Part shown: one piece after another, positions 11,173-22,772 of the stretch | Layout of the letters: each line of letters starts with the position of its first letter | Position numbering within the stretch: position 1 is the stretch's first letter | Source: Nematocida ausubeli | Lineage: Eukaryota | NCBI RefSeq assembly: GCF_000738915.1 | Contig: NW_026515636.1 | Span: 1-64,000 of the forward strand | DNA length: 64,000 bases | Reading direction: 5' to 3' | Program-made: the position numbers and the translations under genes | Notes under the pieces: model-generated | The model's database searches: none | Seen by the model: the letters and a program-made list of their open reading frames with translations, nothing else | Told to the model about the DNA's origin: nothing

Positions 11173-11937
11173 TCTTTTTTTTAATTTTTTTCTTCTTGTA
11201 TACTTTACATCTAATGATTATTTTTATATTAATATTCTATATACTGCTATAGGGTATCTTTTTATTCAGAAAACAAGCTAAATGCACACTCTCTAAGATA
11301 AACACTCCAATGCGCCTGACTATAACAAGGCCAGTATGCCATCCATACTTATTTCTTATGTCTTTTATATCTTCAAACAGGGTTTTCCAAATTTATACTA
11401 TTTCCCCGTCTAGAAGGCCTATGCATGAATGTTCAGAATAAAATAGTTCAACATAACTCTTATAAGTACATAGTGTGCAATTTTATTAAGAGTTCATATT
11501 ATATCAGGAGAGTTAAGTATCCTTATAGAGGGCAGAGCTCATCTGCATTTCAAAGATAAATAAACACTCTCACTATAAATTGTATTTTTATTGCGCTGCA
11601 ACTCATGCACTGCTATGTTTTTCTTTCTAGCTGAAGTGTGTATATTAAGCACTCTGCGCTGAGAAAAAAAATAAAATACAACCCGTGTGTCTTGTACATA
11701 GTGCGTAGCTTTTAATAGATACAAAGACTCTTAGACATACTCTCATAGAAACCTAATCCGCGTTTACACAACAGAGATTCCTGCTGCCTATACCTTTTAT
11801 TTTCAGACCACTGACAGCACACTCTAGAATCTGCGCTGCAGTTCCTATGGCCCAGCATAGATCTCTGTGTCTTTGTACTTGCTAGAATGTCTGTATTGGT
11901 TGGGATACTAGGCATATCTTTAGTAGACCGATGCACT

Positions 11938-12924
11938 TCATACTCTTAAATGTCCCTTCGCCATTTTGTACGCCTTGCCAGCCTTTTCTACAAGTGCATT
12001 CTGCTCTTCACACAGGTTAGCTACAACGTGATATGCTAGATATGCAGATTTCAGCATGTCTGTTTTTAATATACACAACTCCTGCAGATCGTTCAGACTA
12101 TTTATCCAGAAAGTAAGGCTATTTAAACACTCCATTGCCTGCAGATGCGCCTCTGCTTTCTTCAGAGAGTGTCCTTCTGCACTGAGACAGACATTGATTA
12201 TCTCTGCCACAGTCCCAAATATTGACTTATTCTTTATTCTTTCAAATAAATCCTCTAGACATAGCAATTTTAGTGAGCTGTCCAGAATATCCTTTGAGGC
12301 TATGTACTCTTGCTTGATTTTGCTGCTGTATGCCTTCTGCGCCTCTAGCTTCTGGCTTATATATGCTATATAGCTTACTCGTGACACTTTGGTGCTTTCT
12401 ATTGCGCAGTCCACCTTTTTTTTATTAAGCAATACATCCAAACAATGCGCAGCTTTCTCCAGCTCGTTTACTTCAGATGAATTAGCCCAAATGCAACCCA
12501 GATAATCGCAATCTTCTATGTCTATATGGGAGGCGTGTTCTTTTTTATCTATGCACACTAATTCGCAGTAGATGCTGGCAAGAATTGGAGAGCTCATCTT
12601 TGCATTGCGCCATCTTTCAGCATGCGCATCTATACCTATTTTTCTCTCGGCATATGCATTTACAGCGTCTCTATACTTTATTTCATACTCATCCCAAGCA
12701 AGATCCACAGCATGTCTTTTGCTCTTAAATTTATCTAGCTCGCTTAAATACTTTCTGTGAAGAATATTTGCATTCTGCTCTCTAGTTTGAAGCTTTTCTT
12801 TAAAATTTATATCTGTATACTTTGAGCACACTCCTGTCTCTAAATATAACCCGAAACCTAAAAACCCAGCACATATCAGTCTTATAGTAGCCAGAGCGCG
12901 CAGTGTTCGTGTTTTTCTGCCCAT
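11938..12924 (-). CDS. N-terminally anchored coiled-coil protein, divergent paralogue of 3222/5512
   Basis: 328 aa ORF with ICAGFLGFGLYL, AVDLAWDEYE and AYLAYHVV matching the family blocks. Confidence 0.75.
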   Translation of the reverse strand: MGRKTRTLRALATIRLICAGFLGFGLYLETGVCSKYTDINFKEKLQTREQNANILHRKYLSELDKFKSKRHAVDLAWDEYEIKYRDAVNAYAERKIGIDAHAERWRNAKMSSPILASIYCELVCIDKKEHASHIDIEDCDYLGCIWANSSEVNELEKAAHCLDVLLNKKKVDCAIESTKVSRVSYIAYISQKLEAQKAYSSKIKQEYIASKDILDSSLKLLCLEDLFERIKNKSIFGTVAEIINVCLSAEGHSLKKAEAHLQAMECLNSLTFWINSLNDLQELCILKTDMLKSAYLAYHVVANLCEEQNALVEKAGKAYKMAKGHLRV

Positions 12925-13710
12925 CTAATGTATAACCTAAATTTTTATTTATATAGTTTTGCAGATAGCTATTTAAATTCAATTGTAGTTTTCTTAAATT
13001 GAGATGGTGCGCGTGTACCTATATTAAGGCTTTATATGCATACTATATGGTGCACTCGGTTTATATACTATAGATGCTGGATCGTAGGTTTTTGACAACT
13101 GGAGTGACTTCTTTTTATTTCGGGTTATACTATACAAGTGTAGTAGTCTTTCTCTGTAATATATGCCCATATAAATGGAAAAAACAGGATATCAGACACT
13201 TGATTATCTACTCAGGGGAACATTTGTGCATGTTTTGTAAATTCAGCAAAGGGTAGGTTTTATGTGTCTGTCAATATTTTCTCTCAAAATTGCGGGCCAT
13301 CGGGCCTATATTCTGCAGTCTAGCGGCTTTTGTTTTTGCAAAGACCAGAAATTTTTTCCTGCACCACACTCACATGCAGTCTTTGCAGCTTTCTTACTCT
13401 ATTTTTCAAGTCTACTTTTAGCTGCTTTGCATTATAGATATGCTTTAATTGCATGTGGATTATACAATCTGAACGATTTCTAGCGCACACAAAGATAAAA
13501 TTAATAACTTTAATGATTGGTTCGCTTGGTTTCTTAAAAAAGACATTATTAAAACTTTAGTATTTATTCAAAGGCTTACCCCTTTAAATGGCCTAAGTTT
13601 AATTAATTGGCAATCCAGATCTAATTTTAGCTCTATTTGTTGTTAAGCAGTGTTTTGTCTATTACTATCATTGCTCTTTTGTTTCTTCTAACAACATTTG
13701 GCTTGGCAGA

Positions 13711-16700
13711 TCATGGGTTAGCAAGCTTTTGGATGGCAGGTTTTGGGTTGACACGCCTTTTCTTTCTATTCGTTTGCTTAGTAAATTTTGAATCAGTAAG
13801 CCTTGACTTAGTAAATTTTGACTTAGTAGGTTTTGACTTGTTATGGTTTGGATCGATAGATTCTAGGTCAATAGGTTTTGAATCGGTAAGCTTTGGCTTA
13901 GTAAATTTTGACTTAGTAGGTTTTAACTTGGTATGGTTTGGATTGATAGGTTTTTGGTTGGCATCTTCTGAGCTGGGAGGTTCTGAGCTAGAAACTTCTG
14001 AGCTAACAATATCTGTTGTGTCAAAATCAAATCCAGTAGATTCTGAATTATGGTCATTAGGGCTATTAGGGCTATTATGGTTATTAGGGCTATTCAGGCT
14101 ATTCGGGTTATTAGGGCTATTCGGGTTAGTATCTTCAAAGTAGGAAGCTTCTGAGTCGAACATTTCTGAGTCGAACGCTTGTAAGCTGTTATGATTGAGT
14201 TTGGGCAATTCTTTTACATGAGCGCTTAAAGAAAAATAGCAATCCGTGTTCGTAGCTTTATCATTGGCATAATTCATCTCTAGTATCCTTTTAAACTCGT
14301 CTATATTGGGCTGTTTCATTTCTTTGCACAATATACCTTCTATATTTTTCAACCCCTGACTTCCATCTTCTACTTCGCCTATATACCCTGTAGCTTTCTG
14401 GTCATATATCTTAAAATCAATTTTATCATAACAGCCTTTTATAAAATCTTCATAATTTGCGGTATCTTTGTAATAAAGCGCAAGCTGAATGATTTTTATC
14501 AAGAAAATATTAATTTTCCTATGGTATTCTTTGATATAAACCGATTTTCTTATTTTATCTACATCTTCAAGAATCTTGTTCATGTACTTCATGGGTTTTT
14601 TTCCGCATGTTAGAAATATAAGAAAGGACTTCTTAGCATCGTCACTTTGAGAATTAAGAGTATCGCTTAGAAAATAGATAGAGTCTGTTAAACGCATTAC
14701 AACCAGCTCAGCTAGCATACGCACATTTTTGTCAAATAATTCCAATTCTATCTTGCGCTCCAATGAAATTTTTACATTTAAATTCACTCTTTCTATCCGA
14801 TACAATAGTTCGTGGCCAATTATATCTGGAATTATAGCTTTTTTAGACTTTTTAGATGAATCTAAATTTGTATCCTCTGTTTCTGTATTTGGGTCCCACT
14901 GTTTAAAGAAATCTAATATTCTCTGTACTTTCTTTGTAAAGTAAGTTATGTTTCGGGTTATATCTGTATTGACATATGTATTTGCAGAGTATTTATGATT
15001 TAAAGGCTGGATATGATGCATAATTAATCTATCTGAGAGTTCCATCTTACACGAGGTAGGGATTTCCACAACATTATTTTTAATAAACTGTAAAATATTG
15101 TCGTTTTGTAGTAAAGATGAGCTTTCCTTATCTATAGAGAGATACAATGCAAATTCTCTTTTGTAGTTTCTGTCACGTAACATTAAACTGAGAAGAAGAA
15201 TGTCTTTTTGTTTCTCAAGCTTGGCTATCTCCATACTATTCATTAGAGTTTTTTCTTTATATGAAAAACTACTAGAATTGTAATTGCTTAGATTATTGCT
15301 TGCTTGTATGCATAGTCTTAGACACCAGTTAATGAACCATCCACTTTCAGTGCACTTTTTACAATTAGGATATAATTTATCTTTTTCTGTGGTTATAACA
15401 TTATTGTCGACTGGGGCATTATTTACAAATTGAGTGGTGCCCTTATCGATTGCTTCTTTTAGATCGCCCCACTTTGAACTGATCAAGAAGGAGAAAGATC
15501 TGCTGTAATTGCCATGATTTTCATTGAACCCAGCTACTCCAGAAACATTCTCCATGTGGGTTATCGATATTGTCCCAAACAAATCGCTTCTTTCATTCTT
15601 CGAGGTCTCTTTATACTCCACTGCTACAACTATCTTTAGGTTTTTATTCATCGCATATTTTTCAACTACTACTGAACTAAAATACTTATTTATGGCATCT
15701 GTTAACTCCGCCATCAGATTATTTTGCTTTTCAATAATGCTGTAAATATACTCATAAGGGAGTGTTTCTTCATTATCAATTTTCTCACCTATTATTTTTT
15801 CAATTTCGCTTATGATTTCTTTCTGCTCTGTTTTGGATGGATTCTTACATAACATATCCTTGTAGGTATTAATTTTAGTCATTATTTTTTCATCGTATAA
15901 CTGCTCTATTTTCTCTGCAATATTATCTATCTGTTTTATTTGATATATACCGGCAACCTTCGCAAAGGTATACATTATATTTATCAGACCAGGAGCGAGC
16001 TGGTTGCAATCTTTCCGTAAATACCATATTTTTGGGTCTTTCAGATCTTTTACCACATTGTTCCACTCTTCATGCATTTTATTTGACACGACTCCGTACA
16101 TGTGCTGGTGTTTTTCAAAAAAGCTTTTCAGGCCCTCAGAGGCAGAGCATAGTTTTCTAGTTGTATACGTGTCCCCATCACAATCTTGTGTTACACAGCA
16201 GAACAGAGAAAGTAACACTGTTTCTATGTAGTCAATAAAATATAAAGCATTGTTTTTATCAATATTTATATTATTGGCTAAATAGCTATCTAGATACTTA
16301 TTCATAACATCCATGCCACTATCTACTTGTGACTTGAGTCCATTCGGAGCTTTTGGGTTTTTCGGGTTTAAAGAATTCGGGCTTTTTTCTTGGGAAGCAG
16401 TGCATATAGTTGGACTCAAATTCACTGTGTGGTTCCAAAGAAATACTACATCATTCTTTAATTCCTTTTGTACTATATTTTCGACTTCTTTTATAATGTT
16501 ATTCCAGTCTGAACTTTGTTCTGCTCTTGTGAAGTACTTATTAAATAGCGCTGCGCTTTCTTTATCTGCATGATTTTTCTGCAGCATATTAAACACTTCT
16601 TGGACCAACAGCATTGTTTCTTCACTATTCTTCATGCAGTTAAATATATACATTTGAATAAGAAAAACCGGACTGTTAATGAACATACCTTTCATGAATT

Positions 16701-17517
16701 TAGAATAATCATCTAGGGTGTCACTCTGCTGTTTTTTTTTGAAAGACACCGATGCCCTGTTGTTTATGAAAAAACTTATCACATCGACTACATCCAACAA
16801 ACGCGTGTTATCGCCCACTTCCTTGCTAGTTATGCTACTTTTCGAGCTTTTTAGATCTATTCTTACGTGTTTGAAAAATATAAACCTATTGCCTAGAACC
16901 AATGTTTTCTTATTCTGACTCTCATTAATTGCCAATGGCACATTCACTCCTTCTGCAAGCAGCAACAATGAGGCAAGTATTTTGTATTTATGCTTTTTTA
17001 CATCTACCCTATTAATAAAAGAGAAAAAAGAGTCTTCTCTGTCTGACCATATGGATGCATACCCATGCATAGAGGGGAACATCAGAGCAATCGTTTTGTT
17101 ATAATCATTAATATATTGTATATCGTAATTATCACCTTTTATATGGTCTAATTCATCCATTCTCAAGTCACGGGTGTCTTCTAATATATACTCATTTTCT
17201 GCAATATACCGCACTGTTGTTTTAGTTTTTTTAATGCCACCTGGTACGAATCTCTTACTGTCTATAAATCCAGCTTTAGTGCACATCAGTGCAGCCAGTG
17301 GGTTCAGTACACTATTTACATCTATTTTCCAACCAGTATTTCCATCTGTGCTAAAAAAGTCTTTTTTTTTGAGTAATTCAATATCATTCAAAGAGACTCT
17401 GGTATACACTTGGCTTAGCATGACTAGATAACCCAATATGCATATTCCAGCACACCAAGCAGACACTCTGACACTTTTCTTCCTTTCTTTATATACTATA
17501 CTCTTTCTTATTAGCAT
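13711..17517 (-). CDS. Large-gene-family (NemLGF1-like) secreted protein with a low-complexity C-terminal tail
   Basis: 1268 aa with a hydrophobic N-terminal segment and the blocks GFIDSKRF, ILASLLLLAEG, FLIQMY, LLSLFCC, HEEWNNVV and NQLAPGLIN. Confidence 0.8.
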   Translation of the reverse strand: MLIRKSIVYKERKKSVRVSAWCAGICILGYLVMLSQVYTRVSLNDIELLKKKDFFSTDGNTGWKIDVNSVLNPLAALMCTKAGFIDSKRFVPGGIKKTKTTVRYIAENEYILEDTRDLRMDELDHIKGDNYDIQYINDYNKTIALMFPSMHGYASIWSDREDSFFSFINRVDVKKHKYKILASLLLLAEGVNVPLAINESQNKKTLVLGNRFIFFKHVRIDLKSSKSSITSKEVGDNTRLLDVVDVISFFINNRASVSFKKKQQSDTLDDYSKFMKGMFINSPVFLIQMYIFNCMKNSEETMLLVQEVFNMLQKNHADKESAALFNKYFTRAEQSSDWNNIIKEVENIVQKELKNDVVFLWNHTVNLSPTICTASQEKSPNSLNPKNPKAPNGLKSQVDSGMDVMNKYLDSYLANNINIDKNNALYFIDYIETVLLSLFCCVTQDCDGDTYTTRKLCSASEGLKSFFEKHQHMYGVVSNKMHEEWNNVVKDLKDPKIWYLRKDCNQLAPGLINIMYTFAKVAGIYQIKQIDNIAEKIEQLYDEKIMTKINTYKDMLCKNPSKTEQKEIISEIEKIIGEKIDNEETLPYEYIYSIIEKQNNLMAELTDAINKYFSSVVVEKYAMNKNLKIVVAVEYKETSKNERSDLFGTISITHMENVSGVAGFNENHGNYSRSFSFLISSKWGDLKEAIDKGTTQFVNNAPVDNNVITTEKDKLYPNCKKCTESGWFINWCLRLCIQASNNLSNYNSSSFSYKEKTLMNSMEIAKLEKQKDILLLSLMLRDRNYKREFALYLSIDKESSSLLQNDNILQFIKNNVVEIPTSCKMELSDRLIMHHIQPLNHKYSANTYVNTDITRNITYFTKKVQRILDFFKQWDPNTETEDTNLDSSKKSKKAIIPDIIGHELLYRIERVNLNVKISLERKIELELFDKNVRMLAELVVMRLTDSIYFLSDTLNSQSDDAKKSFLIFLTCGKKPMKYMNKILEDVDKIRKSVYIKEYHRKINIFLIKIIQLALYYKDTANYEDFIKGCYDKIDFKIYDQKATGYIGEVEDGSQGLKNIEGILCKEMKQPNIDEFKRILEMNYANDKATNTDCYFSLSAHVKELPKLNHNSLQAFDSEMFDSEASYFEDTNPNSPNNPNSLNSPNNHNSPNSPNDHNSESTGFDFDTTDIVSSEVSSSEPPSSEDANQKPINPNHTKLKPTKSKFTKPKLTDSKPIDLESIDPNHNKSKPTKSKFTKSRLTDSKFTKQTNRKKRRVNPKPAIQKLANP
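13786..13950. repeat. Intragenic direct repeat, period 90 bp (PNHxKxKPTKSKFTKxxLTDSK x2)
   Basis: Two near-identical copies of ttttgaatc.gtaagc.ttg.cttagtaaattttgacttagtaggtttt.acttg.tatggtttggat.gatag. Confidence 0.9.
14048..14128. repeat. Intragenic 9-bp minisatellite (TTAGGGCTA/TTCGGGTTA units) encoding NSP/NNP repeats
   Basis: About nine tandem degenerate 9-mers are read directly from the sequence. Confidence 0.9.
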
Positions 17518-19161
17518 TCTTTCTCAGTATATTATTGTGTGTATTTTCATTTCTATTTAAACTTTCATTATTTGTATTTTAAAATCAGTTTTTCTTTTCT
17601 ATACAGAAATTTAATTATATTTTTATTTACACAAACAAAACATTATTACAAAAACTAAAATTATGCATCATACATGTATATTATGCAAAAGTCGAAAACA
17701 CACTGCAGCAAGATATGCTGTAAATAAAGAGGGATTCTAAAGAGGATTTATTCACACTACTCATGCCTATTTGGACTGGAGTATTTTGCATGTGCACTTG
17801 GCATAGTACTAGCATTATTTATTTCTGTGCGTGCTGTTTTCCATACTTTCTTATGACTATTTGTTTGTGATCTGCTCTTTAGATTTACAAGACTCATTCC
17901 GCAATATTTGTATGCTAAATATGCGACTATTGAGCAATAGAAGTAGACAAGCTTGCTTTGGGCTATAGTGTGGCACTGTAAACCCTGCCTAGCGCCTGAA
18001 GTTGAGTTCTCAAATAAATACTAAGGCTTAGAGCAATGGCTCCTTAAGAAAACAATTCGTGCAAATTGAATTTCATAGCATAAGTTAAAAATTGTTTAAT
18101 TCTTCTTTGAACTATGGGATTAAAACAGCACAAGTAAGAAATTAAAATTTAGAATAAATGGAAAAGTGTGCTGCTAGCTTCTTATAAGAAAAAAAGACAT
18201 GAAGCATTGCTAAATGAAGGATCTAGCTTTATATCTTTGTTTCTTGCATTCCTGCAGAAATAAAGTGTTTTTGCAATACTTATAAAATATTCCCCTCAAC
18301 AGAGGGTTTATAAGTTTCAATAAAAGCTTCTCTCTTTATACTTTCAATCGCACTTGAATTATTCATGTATATAGAATACTCTTTTTGTCTGCATGTAGTC
18401 TTCTCAATTTATTTCATAGTTTTTTCTACTGACCCATACATTTAAGATGCTGCCATTTTCTCTGCACTGCAGTATTATAGCTTTTTCTTGGCCATAGTGT
18501 CCACAAGGTCCTTTTCCAGCTTTTACCAATATCATCCTGCTGCTTCTCTTATTTTTCTTTATTGCTGCTGCAGCCAGAGAAATAAGTTTTACATTTCATA
18601 CAGGATACCCATTACTTTACTGAAGCACTTACAGAAAATATAAACACATATGCAATATGAATAATATAAGAAACAAACCTGAATAGGGCTACGTAGAGAG
18701 AAAAGATTATATATATGGCAAAACTACACCGCGCTCTGCTTTATACTGTATTTACAAAATATAAAATAGCTCCAAGGGGTTAAAGAATTGGTGATGTCTT
18801 GCATGCATGCATCATTTTTATCCGTTAGAATCCTTCCATGCGTGTTTTCTGCTGTTTATGTTCATCCTTGCTTAAACACGCACGTACACATGTGCTGTGA
18901 CATGAACCACACCAAGCCGCATTTGGCCCCATGACTGCAAAGAGAGTCTATTCTGCATTTCAGAGAAAGTTCAGTCCACAGACCTGTGCCAGCTTTTATG
19001 AAAGCTGCGCAGCACATCTAAACACACAGTCTATGCGAGAAAAAGACATGGTCTCATGCTTTCTCAATACAGTGTGACTGATGATCTGTAAATGAGGATT
19101 TACCAAATAAGGAAAATGATCCCGGGAAAAAGACTATAAAGTAAAACACAAAAATGAGTGC

Positions 19162-20856
19162 ATGAACATAAATATAGTAAACACACAAGCTAAAAAGAAA
19201 ATAACACTAACTGTACTTGGATGCATCGCTGTAGCCGCATTATTTGTTAAGATACCATACATGCCCCGAAGCATAATGGCCTTCCTATCCATAGAGGCAC
19301 TTATACTTATATTGGTGGTGTCACTTGAAAAACCCGGGAGTTCAGAAAAACTCATTCCTGCCATGATATTTGTGATTATGCATATTTTTGTCTACACAGG
19401 AAAGAACAGCATATTCAATTGCTACTCGTCTATAATTGAGAAACTGCCCTTGCTATTGTCATCAGATAAATCTTCTGTTTCAATAGATGCTAAAAAAGAG
19501 TTGCTCTCTAAAACAAATCTACTAGTTACGAAAGGGCCGCAGGTGAAAAGAAGGTTGCAAATAAGAGAACTTCCGCAAACAGAAAGAGAAGAATCAGAAG
19601 CAGACAGGGAACAATTGAGAGCAGATAGGAAACTGTTGAAAGCAGACAGGAAAGATAGAGATCGATTTCCAATATATAAAATTTTCGATCTAATGCCCGA
19701 TACTTTGAAAGAATATAAAACTTCCTTGTTTGATTTAGAGTCAACCTTTAATGGCAATCTAAATAATAACCTCAGCAGAAACGCAGAGCTTATAAAAGAT
19801 GTTCACATCTTTGGTCTGATGGGGCTGAATATTTTTGAAAAAGTAAGCGCGAAAAGCAAAATAAATAGGTATTGGAGTGACATAAAATATATTGAAACAA
19901 GGAAAAGCTATGAAAAAAAAAGCAATTGCACATATCGGCCAATTATGATGACTATGTACACTGAGATTCTAAGAAGAGGTCTATGCATAAATACCCTTAA
20001 CGTAGATCAAGCGATTTTTAATGTTTACTGCATGTGGCTTGAGGATGTTAACAAAACTCTGTGCGCCGATAGTTCTAGTGTGAACATTAGCGAGACATTC
20101 ACGAACGAGATGCTCGCCTCATACATCCTCAATGAAATGATTACATCAAAAAACTGGCTAGTCACCATACAAACATCCAATAGCCGGCCAAGAATAGGCA
20201 AGCACGCAAAAGACTTGGATTTCGGGCCGTGCGTGGTAGTAAATAACTGTTTCTCATGGGCAGACTTCAAAGCAAATAAAGACCCAGAAGTATTATATGA
20301 GATGAAAACCCGACTCCAAGACAGAATTGAAAACGTCCCAGAATCGCAGAGAGACCTAAATCTGGACTTGTACAAATACATGGATGCTATTAAAGCACTG
20401 AATGGGGGCACATGCACCATCTCAAAAGACCTACCAATAGCGCTGGACCCAGAAAAGTACTACACATATAACTGCATACCTGTAAAAAAGCTATACAGAG
20501 GCAATCCTGTATTTGAAGTCCCGCCCCACGAAAATGCAATTGAGTTTGCAAAATTTGCGATGTTCTTCATACATATCCGGTATCTAAAAGAAAAAATAGG
20601 TATAGTTAATTATGAATCTATTTTGAAGAATCGGCACATTCTCAGGCAGTCAATGGAGGATAGAACAATTATATGCACCGAGCCAATGTTCAGTCTGGCA
20701 GTTGGGATTGTCAAGGCAGCAAGAGAAAAAGATATAAGCGTTAAAAAGATGATTGTAGATGAAATGATTGAGGATGAGTATCTTCAGAAAAAAAGGTCTA
20801 ATAAAGTCCCATCTTATTTCAGTGACAAAGTGGCCCCACCAAGCATCAAAGGCTAA
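19162..20856 (+). CDS. Hypothetical membrane protein (about 3 N-terminal TM segments)
   Basis: 564 aa ORF with three hydrophobic stretches in the first 80 aa, short RAD(R/K) heptad repeats and no recognised domain. Confidence 0.75.
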   Translation: MNINIVNTQAKKKITLTVLGCIAVAALFVKIPYMPRSIMAFLSIEALILILVVSLEKPGSSEKLIPAMIFVIMHIFVYTGKNSIFNCYSSIIEKLPLLLSSDKSSVSIDAKKELLSKTNLLVTKGPQVKRRLQIRELPQTEREESEADREQLRADRKLLKADRKDRDRFPIYKIFDLMPDTLKEYKTSLFDLESTFNGNLNNNLSRNAELIKDVHIFGLMGLNIFEKVSAKSKINRYWSDIKYIETRKSYEKKSNCTYRPIMMTMYTEILRRGLCINTLNVDQAIFNVYCMWLEDVNKTLCADSSSVNISETFTNEMLASYILNEMITSKNWLVTIQTSNSRPRIGKHAKDLDFGPCVVVNNCFSWADFKANKDPEVLYEMKTRLQDRIENVPESQRDLNLDLYKYMDAIKALNGGTCTISKDLPIALDPEKYYTYNCIPVKKLYRGNPVFEVPPHENAIEFAKFAMFFIHIRYLKEKIGIVNYESILKNRHILRQSMEDRTIICTEPMFSLAVGIVKAAREKDISVKKMIVDEMIEDEYLQKKRSNKVPSYFSDKVAPPSIKG

Positions 20857-21021
20857 GGAAAAGTGCATATTAGTGCGTGCAAGGAAAATAGTCTTAAAAA
20901 GAGCCTGCCCCAAAGTCTGGAAGAACTGCCGGCACGATACATACTGCAGATGTGTAGAGTGCCTAGGCTATGATGAGTTGCTGCAAAATGTGCTAATTTA
21001 TTTCTACCCCACATGCTGTAG

Positions 21022-21267
21022 CTACTCACTCTTCTTTCTGGGCTTCACAGCTTTGTCCAGCAAATCAAAGTATGACTTCTTTAGGTTATAGAAGTTTCTT
21101 TCGTATCCTTTGTACTTCTGCACCTGCGCCCGCAGATCCTGCATCTCTTTCTTCAGATTGCGGATCTCTTTCTGAAGGCCCTTTACTTTTTCTACTTCCT
21201 CCTGATGCTTTATGGCAGTGTGCGCAATGTACAGCAAAAGAGCAGCTGTCAAGAGCACCAGAAGCAT
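21022..21267 (-). CDS. Small signal-anchor coiled-coil protein (81 aa)
   Basis: ATG at 21267 gives MLLVLLTAALLLYIAHTA followed by a heptad-rich K/E/Q segment. Confidence 0.6.
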   Translation of the reverse strand: MLLVLLTAALLLYIAHTAIKHQEEVEKVKGLQKEIRNLKKEMQDLRAQVQKYKGYERNFYNLKKSYFDLLDKAVKPRKKSE

Positions 21268-21493
21268 ATATGTGTCTGCAGAGGCACAATAAAAATAGAA
21301 AGTAAAGGGCAATTGGATTGAAAATTTAAATAAAAGCATGCTATTATTTATTTAGACTACACCCAAGGTTTGTCTAGAAGCCATGTGCAGCAGCCAGCAA
21401 ATAATTACATCCCACAAAGAAAGTACCCGTCTCTCTGACCCCGTGCACTAGCAGATACCTCAGAGACAGTGCAGTGCAGGTGCGGAAAAGGAC

Positions 21494-21498
21494 AAAAA
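21494..21498 (-). terminator. RNA polymerase III oligo-T terminator of the 5S gene
   Basis: TTTTT lies immediately 3' of the 5S sequence on the minus strand. Confidence 0.8.
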
Positions 21499-21613
21499 GT
21501 GCAGCACTCTGTGTTCCCACGCGGTCTCCCATCGCAGTACTATCAAAGCTGTCACGCGCTTAACTTCAGAGATCGAACGGGTTCTGGTGTGTACGCAGGC
21601 ATATGGCCGCACG
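21498..21613 (-). rRNA. 5S rRNA: 5S rRNA gene (single dispersed copy)
   Basis: The reverse complement reads GTGCGGCCATA...CCCGTTCGATCTCTGAAGTTAAGC...AGTACTGCGATGGGAGACCGCGTGGGAACAC..GTGCTGCAC. These are canonical eukaryotic 5S blocks with complementary termini. Confidence 0.95.
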
Positions 21614-22082
21614 AGTATTAGTTACCTGCTGGCTCCTTGTGGGCCTATATTAGTCTTAGACAAGTTTTTTCTTCTTGTCTTCTTCTGTGTACTATGTACT
21701 CTTTTTATTTAGAGCGTGCCTATGTATTTAAGAATATAACTTGAAATACTGCAGGGTGCTTTGGGCAGGCGTATGAATGTAGGTTATCTGGCTGTGCTTT
21801 TATATGTGAGTTTTATTGATGTTTAGATTCATTATACACTGATGTATGTGTGCACTGCATTATTATGTATTTCTTCCATGCAGTGCCTTTAAAGTGCAGT
21901 GAATAGTAGTGCGCACAAAAAACTCTAGAAATATATGAAGTCCAGGCATGCGCATTTAGAGAGCACTGCAGTAGTGTGCATCGGCAGGGATAGGGTTTGC
22001 TGTAGTCTCTAATATATTCGTGTGCGATCAATTTGATGCTGATCAGTTGCAGCAATATTTAAGAGAAAAGGACAGCTAGCAT

Positions 22083-22772
22083 ATGGAGACAATAGGCCGG
22101 TTCTTTACTCTGAATTGGACGATTCCAATTTTCTCGTGCCACATTAGAATAATATTCACGGCAAAGGGGAAGCAGGAGAAGTGGACAGCAGAGTACAAAA
22201 AAAATGACAAGCAGTGGGCGATAAACAACGAGCTTATAACGTCCTCTGATACGATTGAGTTTGGCTTTGAGAACAACCAGTATTTTTTGGGCGTGGCTGC
22301 GCCCTCCTGCGTGTATGCATTTGAGATAAATGAGCTGCAGAAGATTCTGAGTGCAGGTATGGGGACCAGATTCAAGCAGATATACAGAAGCATAAAGAGG
22401 CAGCTGGGCATGTCTACAGGCACAGCAGCGCACTACAAAAACCTTTTAAAGACAACAAGCTGTTTTGTGCAGCAGAAGGGTGTTGACATATATGGAAGAA
22501 GAATTACTCTGTGGAAGACAGACCCGCAGCAGATAGAAAACTTTCGGGCGATTCGGGCGGGCGTGCAGAATATTTTAGTGAAATTTGTCAACAGAAAAGA
22601 GCATGTAAAGGTTTTCTACACGTCTAAAAAAAGCAGTGTGCAGCTGGGAAGGGAAAAGAAGGAGAAGCAAAAAAAGAAACAGAAGGAAGAACAGAGCGAG
22701 CAAAAAAGCAAAAAAAAGAGGCAAAAGAGAACAAAGATAGAAAAAAGCCGTGCAAAGAAAGAGCTGTTTTAG
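22083..22772 (+). CDS. Hypothetical protein with a Lys-rich (NLS/nucleolar-like) C-terminus
   Basis: 229 aa ATG ORF with a globular N-terminal part and a K/E/Q-rich tail. Confidence 0.65.
   Translation: METIGRFFTLNWTIPIFSCHIRIIFTAKGKQEKWTAEYKKNDKQWAINNELITSSDTIEFGFENNQYFLGVAAPSCVYAFEINELQKILSAGMGTRFKQIYRSIKRQLGMSTGTAAHYKNLLKTTSCFVQQKGVDIYGRRITLWKTDPQQIENFRAIRAGVQNILVKFVNRKEHVKVFYTSKKSSVQLGREKKEKQKKKQKEEQSEQKSKKKRQKRTKIEKSRAKKELF

Noticed and set aside
11712..11936. Possible frameshifted continuation of 11938..12924
   Set aside because: The paralogues end at the equivalent position, and this ORF has a GTG start with no family similarity.
14048..14128. CRISPR array or true telomere
   Set aside because: These are degenerate 9-bp coding repeats without spacers, internal to a gene in a eukaryotic genome.
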